Assembly: GCF_001194135.2 (NCBI RefSeq)
Contig: NC_068994.1
Coordinates: forward strand, 21,568,718 to 21,614,376
DNA length: 45,659 bases
Direction of reading: 5' to 3'
Origin: Octopus bimaculoides
Taxonomy: Eukaryota
Numbering within the stretch: the stretch's first letter is position 1; the number at the start of each line of letters is the position of its first letter. The position numbers were made by a program, and so were the translations under genes. This document shows, piece by piece, positions 25,700 to 36,690 of this stretch. The notes under the pieces were generated by a model that saw only the letters and a program-made list of their open reading frames with translations, had not been told where the DNA came from and ran no database searches.

Positions 25700-27860
25700 G
25701 TATAGTTATAAACGCCAACTGGAACATGTTAATCTATGGTAAAAGGAAAAATGTTTAAAAATCTATGCCTGCAGAATGTTATTATATAATACTGCTTATT
25801 AAAGAGATCCTTATTCTCGTGTAAAATCTTAAGGGATTCTTCATTGCACAAATTGTATGCAGTGCAACCATCCATGTAAGGTCTTCCAGCCCTAATTTAA
25901 CCAGATGTTAAAGGAAATACTATTAGCTTTGAGATGATGAATATAATTTACTAGCTAAGTAGAAGATTTATGCTTAATATTAGAGAACAAACTAATATGT
26001 GCCAAACAGCATCTCCTAAAATCAGCCAAAGAGTCTTTGTATATTTTGGTGATTACTACAGACAGCGGTCACAATGATATGCTCAACAACAAACTGTTTC
26101 TTTTTTTTTCTCTCTCGCTCTCTCTCAACAATAACCACTTCTCATTATAGTGAAAGTATTTTTTTAAAGTCTGTGTTGCATTGTTTATATGTTGAAAGAC
26201 ATACAGAAACATACAACAAAAATAATAACTATATATTATACATACAGTTATTTTAAAGTCTGCGTTGTGTTGACAGACTTTCACTTAAAATTCTTGTGTT
26301 TTTAATAAAAACTTGTTAGTTATTTTGGTAACAACACTACCTGTCTACTTATTTATCTATCTTTCACACTCTCTCTCTCTCAACAACTTTTCTCCTCCTC
26401 TCCTAAACATATGCTGTGACAAGGGTTACCTCCCCAGTTGATTTCTCCCCTTCTTCCCTCCCTCTACATACATGTTGTTATGGACAGTCAGATGAAGATC
26501 GGCTTCTCTTTTATAATATAAGATTACAATTACTGTAAATAAAATTATTACAACTGGGATTCTTCTTCTTAATGCTGTTGCTGATATTGGAGCATTTCTT
26601 ATTCATATCTCCAGTAAGGGTGTTATTTCCATGTCTGATGTGAATGATGTTGGTTTTGCTATTAATATCATTATTACTATTATTATGGTTATCATCACAA
26701 TTGTTGTTGTTCAAGAATATATTATTATTATTATGAAGATAGTAAACCACATTCATATCATTATTAATATTATTACTACCACTACCATTATTAATATTAT
26801 GGTAACACTAAATATCATTACAAAATTTACAAGTCTATATAAGGCTGAGTTTCCATTTATTTGCTGCTGTGACTATGGATCCAAGATTAGGTGTGGTAGA
26901 ATAAGAAAGTTTGATTGTGGACATGAAAGATTTGGAGTGGTATTTACATCAAGGTGGTCTTCGAATATTGAAAGACATGTAGGTACAGGTGTGGTTGTGT
27001 AGTTAAGAAGCTTGTTTCTCAACCACATGGTCTTGGGTTCAGTCCCAATGCATGGCACCTTGGGAAAGTGTCTTCTGCTACAACTCCAAATTGACCTAAG
27101 TATTCTGAATGGACTTAAAAGAGTGTGGCTGACATACAAGTGGTGTCTTTCATTTCCTTCCTTCCATGCAAGCACATTTGGCCTTCCTTGGAAACAGGTG
27201 GGAGTTGGCGACAGGAAGGGTAGCCACCCTATTGAAAATCTGCTTCAACAAATTCTGTCAAGTACATGCAAGCATGGAAAACTGAACATTGAAATAATGA
27301 GGATCAGTTTCAATGAGACTTACTTGTAAACAAAATAGTGGTGCAAACCATAAAAGCCTCATGCCTCCTATACTTCTTATACTTTCCTGGATATTTTAGT
27401 GGGTTATGATCCTGGGATAGATGAATCTTGAGTTCTCCAAACCCATCATCCAGAAGGGTAGTCATGGCATAACTAAGGGCGAACTGTTAGTATTATACTT
27501 AGGAAGAGAGGGGTGTTTTCTATGAAAGACTATGAAATTGGCAGCATAATTACTATCCTAATTAAAACCTTATTAGAATTAGTGGTCTAATTAAGATTAG
27601 TTATAGTACAATTATTGTGTAGAATTAGTTCTTTAAGCATGATTTTGTGCCTAGTGTTCTGGGTGTAAGATATTTTATCAGGGAAATCACTAGTATGCAG
27701 GGCTTGATTATAGTTTGGGATGTGATTATTAAACATATCATGATTTGTGGAAAAGTAGGAAATTCTAAAGAAGATGCTCTTAACAATACTTAAAACAAAT
27801 TCAACAGTGATTAGATTGAACTCTAATATTATTATGCCTGTTTGCACAATATGCATTATA
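25700..27860 (-). mobile_element. Degraded Penelope-like element (post-RT region and GIY-YIG-associated C-terminus), interrupted by a SINE
   Basis: In order: STNHDMFNNHIPNYNQALHTS, LLWFAPLFCLQV, STIKLSYSTTPNLGSIV, Asn-rich linker, SDCP, RPYMDGCTAYNLCNEESLKIL...FNKQ...CRH. Confidence 0.75.
26982..27304 (+). mobile_element. tRNA-related SINE (family 1 head) with RTE-type 3' tail
   Basis: A-box-like GTGGTTGTGTAGTT, B-box-like GGTTCAGTCCC, CTTGGGAAAGTGTCTTCT core, tail CATGCAAGCATGGAAAA...ATAATGAGGAT. Confidence 0.75.
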
Positions 27861-28489
27861 GCATCAACCAGTTGCTGAGTCTTTGAAACAGCTGTAAAGA
27901 TTTATCTTTTTGTAAAAGGAATATGTATATGTAACATCTCATAAATGAATACTTGCGATCTATAATTGTTTATCCATACATTGACTCTTTATTACTTGCT
28001 TGGATTATGTATTTCTTATAGCCAACTCTTGTTTTGTTGGACTATTTTGCCCTGATTAGAATGTTGGAATTTAAGAATCTGACAATTCTGAGCACTAATT
28101 CTATACTTATACTAGCAACTTCTTACCTACTATATGTAGATAGATATACACATACATACACGAATTTAACTGTCACAGGAAAGCAAGTAACACATACTAG
28201 CATGTATGATGCTCCTGTTAATCGTATTTGGTACCAATGTAGGCACAAGTAGACACAGACATCATCTATCTCAGCACTCCCAATCATGGCTCAGTGGAAT
28301 TTGAAGGTTACGACAACTGAAGAGAGAGAGAGAGAGAGAGAGAGCTGGGCCTGCATTCAGCTGGTACAATTTTGCAACTAAATAGACTGAAGCAACATGA
28401 AATGACATGTCCTGCTCAGGGACACAACATGCTGCACATTGCAGGAATCAAAACAACCTTACAAACATAAGCCAAATATTACAATTTGG

Positions 28490-28515
28490 CAAACAGCCTT
28501 AACATACACACATAC

Positions 28516-28560
<45 letters not shown>

Positions 28561-29581
28561 ATACACATGCATAAAAATATATATACAGGTAAATATAAAC
28601 ATTTACATGTATATACATACATATACAAACACACACACACATGTATAATACACACATACATATATACCAATATATACATATAAACACACACTCAGACACA
28701 TGGTAGCAGGGGTTAGGTGATTACCAATTATGAAGGTATTGTGCTACAAATGGATGCCTCTGCTGTTGGAAATACATGTTTTTCAACTAAGAAAGAATTT
28801 CTCAGAAAAGGGGGGGGGGAAACAAAACAAAAAACAGAAACATTTCAGAGCTTGAGGACAAAAGGTTTAGAGAGAGCATCAAGACACATTACCTGTAGGT
28901 GAGTATCCTTTCATGTACAGGACAGAAATACACATTCACACAACCCCAACCACACGAACATATACTTAAGCTTATACACATACACACATATAAACACATA
29001 CATATAATTATGCCCACACACACACATACACTTGTAATGATTAATTGGAACTTTGTATATATTACAATCCAAAAATTACAGTATGTGTATATATGTCAAT
29101 GGTGTTACTTAAACATAGTTCCAAGACTTAACACACACGGGTGTATGTATATACATACATATATATGTACACATACCTCTCAGTGTGTGTATAACACACA
29201 AACAACACACATGTAAACATTCATTTATATACATAAACATATAATAAACAGAAATTCATGAACAAACACAGATATACAAGCACAAGCTCATACATACATA
29301 TATTTATGCACACAGACATTAATACTTACTGATATACATAACATATGTATTTTAATATATAGTGAACAGCTCACAGAAAGGCCAAAAAATCATATGCTAG
29401 TAAGATTGAAATTTATATAAAATTTGTATATACATCTTATATACACACACACATACATATATATATATGTGCATATGTATATAATATATACACACACACA
29501 CACACACATGTATATATACATATAACATTATATTTACAGTTTTACACATATCTATAAACATACATATATACATTATATCTG

Positions 29582-29637
<56 letters not shown>

Positions 29638-29811
29638 AATACACAATGAGATTATATATATATATACACACACACACAAAATATATATACATACACACAA
29701 TATATATGCATATACATATATGCAAATACATAGATACATTTATAAACACATACACATATGTATATGTATGTATATATATGTGTGCATATGTATGTATGTG
29801 TGTGTGTGTGA

Positions 29812-29863
<52 letters not shown>

Positions 29864-29920
29864 ACATATATACACACACATACACATAATATTTGTTCAT
29901 GTGTATGTTTATATTTAGTT
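28490..29920. repeat. Compound (TA)n/(CA)n microsatellite field
   Basis: Read directly; explains the low-complexity ORFs between 28439 and 29926. Confidence 0.9.
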
Positions 29921-29932
29921 AAATAAATATAA

Positions 29933-29938
29933 TTTATT
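29933..29938 (-). promoter_or_regulatory. Candidate polyadenylation signal of the CCCH gene
   Basis: Minus-strand AATAAA ~180 nt downstream of the predicted stop; common by chance in AT-rich DNA. Confidence 0.25.
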
Positions 29939-30117
29939 TGAAAGACAATCTATTGGGCTTCACCCAACAGATGGGTGAAGAAGTTACAGAAGAATGAGGA
30001 AAAGGAATTGGGGACATTGTGAGTATCCTTCAACTTTGCATCTCATCTTCTTACATCCAGCCATAGCAACAATGTCTATGGTTACATTTGCATCACAGTT
30101 CCTAAACACTTCATGAC

Positions 30118-30156
30118 TCAGACACATGTCTGACTGCTGGCTGGGTTGTCGGTCAC
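30118..30156 (-). CDS. Candidate terminal coding exon of the CCCH gene (VTDNPASSQTCV*)
   Basis: Acceptor tgtttctgttctgttacag|GTG; phase 0 matches the preceding candidate exon; TGA at 30120-30118. No recognisable homology. Confidence 0.35.
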   Translation of the reverse strand: MTDNPASSQTCV

Positions 30157-30533
30157 CTGTAACAGAACAGAAACAGCACTTGCTTTATTTATTCACTGAC
30201 ATACACAGATATTTCTCTAAATGACATAGCAATTAAGAACAAAACACCAACGATGATTTTTTCCGTTTAACCAGAGTGTTAATATTTGTAAGAGTAGGAT
30301 AGTAGTATATTCAGATGAATCAGTCCAGTTAGTTAATGTAGAGTTTATCACAAAGTGGACATCATTGGGATTTGAACGGTGAATACAATGATGTTAAATG
30401 ATGATGTATATTTAACTTCATGTAAAAGTTTACATACTGAAAGGAAAAGAATAGTTAAAAAGCCCTCAATTTGCAATATACTATTGGTGATTTGATTGCT
30501 GAGTCATTTAACCTTCTACATTAAATTCAATTG

Positions 30534-30730
30534 AAGGTGGCGAGCTGGCAGAATTGTTAGCAGCATTTCGTCTGTCTTTACATTCTGAGTTCAAATTCCA
30601 CCATGGCTGACTTTGCCTTTCATCCTTTCAGGGTTGACAAAATAAGTACTAGTTGAACACTGGAGGTCAATGTAATCAACTTACCCCTTCCCATGAAATT
30701 GTAGGCCTTGAGCCAAAATTTGAAACCAAT
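30534..30730 (+). mobile_element. SINE family 2 copy
   Basis: GAGCTGGCAGAATTGTTAGC head, GAGTTCAAATTCC B-box-like, CCTTTCATCCTTTCAGGGTTGACAAAATAAGTAC central block; inverse copy at 32027-32248. Confidence 0.75.
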
Positions 30731-31322
30731 ATTAAACTAAACTAGAAATAGACACACACACACACACACACACACACATCCACTGATAAGTTTTGTTGTG
30801 TATTTCGGTTGTATATTTAAAACAGTATAAAAACATTCTTGCTGGGACCATCTTTTTTTTTTCTTTCATACATGTTGTTTCTAAGATTACATCGGCCAAT
30901 ATGTTAATTTCAGATTTAGAAGCTATTTTTACCAGCCCAAGTGCTAACAAGAAGCTTCCTCACTGGCTTGATTTAGCTTATTTCATCTTTGCTAGGTGTA
31001 CCTCTTATAATTTACTAAAGAAATCTTAAGGCCAACAGCATAAGCTCATGTGAGCTTAACATTGAATAACCAAAAATGTTTTCCTACATTTATCTAGTTT
31101 AGCTATAAATCAGATTCCCTGGCAATGTTAGCTAAAATAGACCAGCAACTTATCTAGAGGAGATTTATCTCTCATCTGTGCAACACCAAGAAGCCTGTAT
31201 TAGATACTAGTCCATAAATTTCCTTGGGCCATAGAGAATATTTTTGTCAAATTACATTGGACCGTGGTATGTAAGCTATGTATGCAGAGTTGCTGCTGAA
31301 GGTGTAAGGCAAAACTACTTAC

Positions 31323-31449
31323 TTTAGACTGAGGTAGGAAAGAGAGTTCCTTCACGGTACTAGAAGAAGCAATTTCAGAACTACTACCAACTGCTGCACT
31401 TTCATACTTGTCTGCTGCAGTAGTGGCTGAAGATGTTACAGTAGCAGTA
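31323..31449 (-). CDS. Candidate Ser/Thr/Ala-rich exon of the CCCH gene (TATVTSSATTAADKYESAAVGSSSEIASSSTVKELSFLPQSK)
   Basis: Acceptor ttgtttatccattgcag|T, donor AAA|GTAAGT, 127 nt, phase 2 to 0 fitting the upstream exon. It is the exact antisense of the plus-strand fossil, which could explain the open frame. Confidence 0.4.
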
Positions 31450-32026
31450 CTGCAATGGATAAACAATTTGAGAGTAAATGAAGGAGAATTTAGTGATTAT
31501 TTCAATAAAATGCAGTTCAACATTTCATAATACATCACAAAAAATGAAGTTTAAAATTTTCAGTTAATTTACAATTTTTTGTTTTTATTATTCACTGCTA
31601 ACCAAGTCAAATGTTTTCAAGTCACTCTTGAAAGAAAGAATAATTACCACATAGAAGAGACTTTTTTTAATTTAAATCACCTGCTTACAACTTCAGAAAG
31701 CTTGGAGTCTACCCATACCAGTTTGATAGAAAAAGACATTTACCAATTTTTTTTAGATAGTTTATTTGTTTCATGATGTCTATTGAAAAAAAGGGAAAGA
31801 GGAAGTAAAAGATTTTGAACCATGGGCCCTTGAAAGGAAAAATTGTAGAACTAAGCCAACTGCAAACAGGGAAAGCAAGAAAACATTATGAATAAAGACA
31901 AGCACATTATAATAAACTGACTATTAATGATGATTCCCTTGTGAGCATGACTAGTATAAACAATGCTATCTCTTTTGTCCATAACTGCCAACAATGACAT
32001 ACAAACGCCTATGACATCAAGCCAAA

Positions 32027-32248
32027 ATATTGGCTTCAAATTTTAGCACAAGGCCAGCAATTCTGGAGAGGGGGTTAGTTGATTACATTGACCCCAGTGT
32101 TCAACTGATACTTATTTTATCAACCCCAAAAATATGAAAGGTAAAGCTGACCTTGGCAGAATTTGAACTCAGAACATAAAGATTGATGAAATGCTGCTGA
32201 GCATTTTGCCTGGTGTGCTAACGATTCTGCCAGCTTGCTGCATTAATT
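32027..32248 (-). mobile_element. SINE family 2 copy with target-site duplication
   Basis: Reverse complement of the 30534-30730 family; AAGCCAAA duplicated at 32019-32026 and 32249-32256. Confidence 0.8.
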
Positions 32249-32889
32249 AAGCCAAATTATTAAGAACATTACAGATTCAGTCAGTTTTGCTCACATGACA
32301 TGCTTGGTGGAAACTATGGACATGAGGAATTTCCTTGAAAAAGGGCTATTTTGGGAATACAATATCACTCCAGACAATCCCTGCTTAAAAACTACATATA
32401 AGAATAGGTCAATTATAAATTAATTTGTGTGCCTTTTAAAAAAATGGTTGAGGATTCCGGTGACTCACAAAACAGCAACTGGAAGAAGCCTTACAGGACA
32501 TAAAAGGGTTGAGAAATCAGCTAAAACATAGGCTAAAATAGTAAGACACACCTTGTAGCCTAGTATGTGAGGCAGAAGAAATATAAAGGATATGGTCAAG
32601 TCCCAATGGTTAATCAATGTTGCAAATCCAAATGACACCTGAAAACCACAAGACCATATTGGAGTTCTGCCTAGTTGAAGGTGCAGTAACAAAAAGTATG
32701 AGATTGATGGTGTAGTACAAAAAGGCCCACAGCTGTTATTAATATGGGAACAAGAACTATTGAGGGCCTTTTGTCCTGAAGAATTGGAAAGGCTAGCATT
32801 TGAAGCAACAGACCAGCTGGCTTCCAGAGAGCCATCTCCAGTTACAACTCCAGAAGTTATGGATGTCACCTCAGGTGCAGTCAAATGAG

Positions 32890-33640
32890 TATGCAATAGA
32901 GGCCATCACTTTCACTGAGAATGGTATCAGCTGTAAAACCATTTTTTACAAAGCTGAGATAAGATGTTTGTCACAGCTAGATTATAGTTGGTGCATAGTT
33001 CACGTAGAAGTTGTCCAGTCGAATTAATATTACTTTTTCCCAAATTACCTTGGGGTGAATCCCATGTTTGGTAAACTATCCCCATTAAGCAACTTATCAA
33101 TTGTTAGCATAATATTCAGGTGTCAATGTAGTGTATCATAAAACTCTTCCTTGTTTTGTTTGTTTGTCATTGTAGGAGCATAGGCACTAAAAACAGTTAC
33201 AGTTGATTTCCATTTCAGGCAAATTACCCTTTCATTTCCTCTTGGATATGGTAAAAGAAAGCAGCACCAGTTTGCTGGTAAGTCTGATCATAAAGGCTAG
33301 GACAATGCCAGTTTCACACTGTACAGTATTAGACATGGGCTTTCAAGAAAGAAATAAGGCAAGCATGCTTTGTTGAATGTGCATGAAAGACACGGGACAA
33401 ATGTGCTGATTGAAGAGCCAGGGAAGGCTGGTCTCAGGACCTTGAATTCATAGTGGAGATGACAAGGGATCAAGGTAATTGGTGATATACGATTTTGGAG
33501 AAGACCCACCCACCTCAGTGACATTGAGTTATGGTAGAACTGTGTGAACATATAAAGATGAGTTATGGAGAAGGCTTGACTCGTACAGATTGAGTGCAGG
33601 GGCATAGACATTTGATGATATACATTTAGGACCCCCTATT
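32890..33640 (-). mobile_element. RTE-type LINE AP-endonuclease remnant
   Basis: GNERVICLKWKSTVTVFSAYAPTMTNKQNKEEFYDTL and NINSTGQLLRELCTNYNLAVTN. Confidence 0.75.
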
Positions 33641-34353
33641 TTTGCTGAGATGGACAAGCCTTCTCTAGCATGACAAATTGCCACTCATCTTGGTCCTTTG
33701 TTATCTCCATACCACACTACATCTGATTCCTCTTTATGCCCAATTTTTCTTTCAACAACATATTTGCACTTTGTCATATGTACACACTGACATTGCACAT
33801 TCTTTCTAGTCTTCACATGTCCTCATTCACAGTTCACATTTCATTGTCATTACAAGGAAATAGCTGATCAGAGTATTGTTGAGTTGTAACTAGCATATCT
33901 TTCCTGTGAGGCATGTTGCTCATATTTAGCATTTAAAACAGAAAAGTTTGCAGAAGACAAGTTGATTTTCTTAGATATTTGGCTTCTACATCAAGCAAGT
34001 AAGTCCCTTAATTTCTTTATAAGCTCCTCATCTTAACTTGTGAGAGAAATTTGTGCTTATGTTTTGATACTGGTTAGTACCAGATCAGCCCCAACTGAGT
34101 GTATTTTTTTTCAGACAAAGCATCAAAGACAATATTATCTCATGTGTCTTTCAGTAGAGTATTATTTGAGAAAATGTAGCTACTACATCTAGTATGTCGA
34201 GTAATTATGTAGAAGCTTCCTCATTAGTTTTGTGTTGAGACATAAGTTGCAGGCTGAGATAATAGTGATAATGATTTTCGGCAATGTTCAGGGTGTCACG
34301 TCACACCAATTTCCACAATGATAACAGAGATGGAACTCATAAGAATAACTCAC

Positions 34354-34510
34354 GTATAATAGCCGTGTAGAAATGGACAAGTGTCCCCTTTAAAACATTC
34401 ACCATCCTCCCAAAACCTGCAGGTGATGGTAGAAATATCATGGGAGAACTTGCATTCAGTGCGCCGGCAGTTTCCCTCCAGGAAAAAGCTGCAAGGTTTC
34501 TTTATGGACC
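34354..34510 (-). CDS. Internal exon encoding tandem CCCH zinc fingers (C-x7-C-x4-C-x3-H and C-x7-C-x5-C-x3-H)
   Basis: SIKKPCSFFLEGNCRRTECKFSHDISTITCRFWEDGECFKGDTCPFLHGYY; acceptor tttatttttag|GG, donor AC|GTGAGT; 157 nt, phase 1 to 2; intact among decayed repeats. Confidence 0.92.
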
Positions 34511-34567
34511 CTAAAAATAAAGCGAAGAAGGCAAACAAAATATAAAAAGACCATTATACACATATGG

Positions 34568-34599
<32 letters not shown>

Positions 34600-35062
34600 G
34601 AGTAAGCACATACATGCAAAACAAGGCAAAAAAAAAATAGTACTTGGATACTGAAGGTAGAGTAATATGATTTTATTTAAGCAGGAAAATTCTTCACAAA
34701 ATGTTATTCAAGTGTTTCATGTTACTGTTTGTTGGACAGTTGTGATCAGATGGTAAGATCACAACTGTCTGACAAATGGTAGCATGAAAATGAGTAACAG
34801 CCTGTGAAGAATTTTTCAGCTTTAATAAAAGTGTATGTATTTTTTTTTTATTTTTTTTTTTATTTATGTGTTTCAGCCAAGTGGCTGCGGTCATATTATA
34901 TATATCATCATCATCATTTTATTGACATGGGTTGGATGATCCTCACAGAATCTTAACACTTGTAGCACTTCAATAGATTAAAACTTGCAGATATTCTTCA
35001 ACTATATCTGTGGTCTCAATACTAGCACTATAGCTTCAGCCTACTTTATATATGCGTGTATA

Positions 35063-35222
35063 TGCAGGAATGGCTATGTGGTTAAAAAGTCTATTTCTCA
35101 ATCACACGATTCTTGGTTCAGTCCCACTGCATGACGCTTTGGATAGGTGTCTTCTATTATAGCCCCTGCCTGACCAAAGCCATGTCAGTGGATTTGGTAG
35201 TTGGAAAATGAAAGAGGCCTAT
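35063..35222 (+). mobile_element. tRNA-related SINE family 1, 5' part
   Basis: TGGCTATGTGG A-box-like, GGTTCAGTCCC B-box-like, GTGGATTTGGTAG block. Confidence 0.75.
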
Positions 35223-35254
35223 AATATATAGACACATACATATATATATACATA

Positions 35255-36454
35255 TATTGGGATGGAAAAAGTTTGTAATGTATTTTACATAAAATTCAAA
35301 AACATTCTTTAGATATTTCTACATACCTTTATTCAACCACATATATCCCATTTTGTCCCACTACCTTTCGCCATCTTTGAGGCAACTTCATGTTCCCATC
35401 CTCCCAGAACTTGCAGTTGAAATGGATCTTACAGTCTTTCAAAGAATTGAAGTTCTTCCCATTAAGAGAATTTTGTAGGGATTGAAATAAATGGTAATCC
35501 AAAGATGCAAGGTCAGATGAGTACAATAGGTAAGGTAAAACATCTCAGCTAAGCAGTACCAATTTCTGCTTGGTCTGTAAGGAGATGTAATGCCTGGAGT
35601 TGTCCTGAAGGAAGATGACACTTTTTTGAATGGCCAATTCTTGATGCTTCTCATTAGAAAAAAATTGTCTGAGTTCAATGTTTGATTTTATGGAAGGAGT
35701 TCACAATGCCCTTCCAATCCTGCCAGGATACTGACAGGCTTTCAGGGTGAATAAAGGTTGTCCATTTCGTTTTCTCCAGGACCTTTTTTACATTCCCACA
35801 CTGTAAATCCATTTTTTATCACCTGTGATTGTTCTTTTCAAAAATGGGTTGTTTTTGTTGCATTTGAGCAGGGTGTTGTAGATGGAAATGTGGGCCATGA
35901 AAATTTTTTATGCTAAATTATGAGACATTAAAAAATCATAGTAATTCATCCAAGTGTTTTTAAAGGCCTTGAAATGAGCATATGCTACATGTGGAGTATC
36001 TCGGTGATGTCTTGTGTCATGTAACCTGGATTGCTTTTGATTAGCATTGAGTCCTTATCAATAGCTGTAGGTCTGCCAGAACATACATAGTCTTTTTGCA
36101 CAAAATTTTCACTCCTAAACTTAGCAAACCATTCATGAACAGTAATCTTAGCTATGACACCATCTCCATAAATTGCACAAATCTCTTTTGCTGTTTGTAC
36201 AGCATTTTTTTTCATCTCAGAAATAAAAGAGCATCAAATGATGAAAATGAATCTCATTTTCATCTATTTTCACTTTTAACATAAAAACATTAGAAATCAA
36301 TAATCCACGCAATAAGAAAAATGTAAAAACATGTGATGAAATGTTGCCTTTCAGAATATATATATTTGTCATATGCTTCTGTTATGTGAGAAATGAAATC
36401 GTATTTAAATGCTGCCAACTGAAAAATGGTATGCACTTTCGATCCAACCCAATA
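35255..36454 (-). mobile_element. Inactive mariner (DD34D) transposon, ~1.2 kb with TIRs
   Basis: Ends TATTGGGATGG / CCAACCCAATA; HTH EICAIYGDGVIAKITVHEWFAKFRS; ITGDKKW; QD-34 residues-D counted (QDNSRH...SSDLASLDY) with an in-frame stop. Confidence 0.9.
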
Positions 36455-36530
36455 CACACACACAATGTACATGTGAACATATATATATATTAACATACAC
36501 GATTATACATATATAATACACACACACATA

Positions 36531-36690
36531 TGATGGGCTTCTTTCAGTTTCTGTCTATCAAATTCACTCACTAAGCTTTGGTTGGCCTGAAGTTATAGTA
36601 GAAGACACTTGCCCAAGGTGTCATGCAGTGGGACTGAACCCAGAACAATGGGGCTGGGAAGCAAACTTCTTACTACACAGCCACGTCTGC
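36531..36690 (-). mobile_element. tRNA-related SINE family 1, 5' part
   Basis: Reverse complement of the head seen at 35063 and 26982. Confidence 0.8.

Larger units (their letters stand above)
30871..32888 (+). pseudogene. Unassigned intronless coding fossil (~600 codons), interrupted by a SINE
   Basis: Frame +1 runs 30871-31776 with fewer stops than expected (VLEEAISELLPTAALSYLSAAVVAEDVTVAVLQWINNL); continues through frameshifts as KGKIVELSQLQTGKARKHYE, NAYDIKP|NY.EHYRFSQFCSHDMLGGNYGHEEFP, KDMVKSQWLINVANPND.KPQDHIGVLP, PEELERLAFEATDQLASRE. Family not recognised. Confidence 0.6.

Noticed and set aside
25860-25890. Possible Smr DLHG motif for the CCCH gene
   Set aside because: Reads DLTW, KTLHG or RPYMDG; the last belongs to the Penelope-like C-terminus.
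26511-27002. Asn-rich minus ORF or Ile-rich plus ORF as host exons
   Set aside because: Flanked by collinear Penelope-like motifs; weak splice context.
21440-29926. Many ORFs rich in YI, HT and CV dipeptides
   Set aside because: Translations of (TA)n, (CA)n and (TG)n microsatellites.
32465-32896. 143-aa minus-strand ORF as an exon
   Set aside because: Poor acceptor and implausible hydrophobic second half; antisense shadow of the plus-strand fossil.
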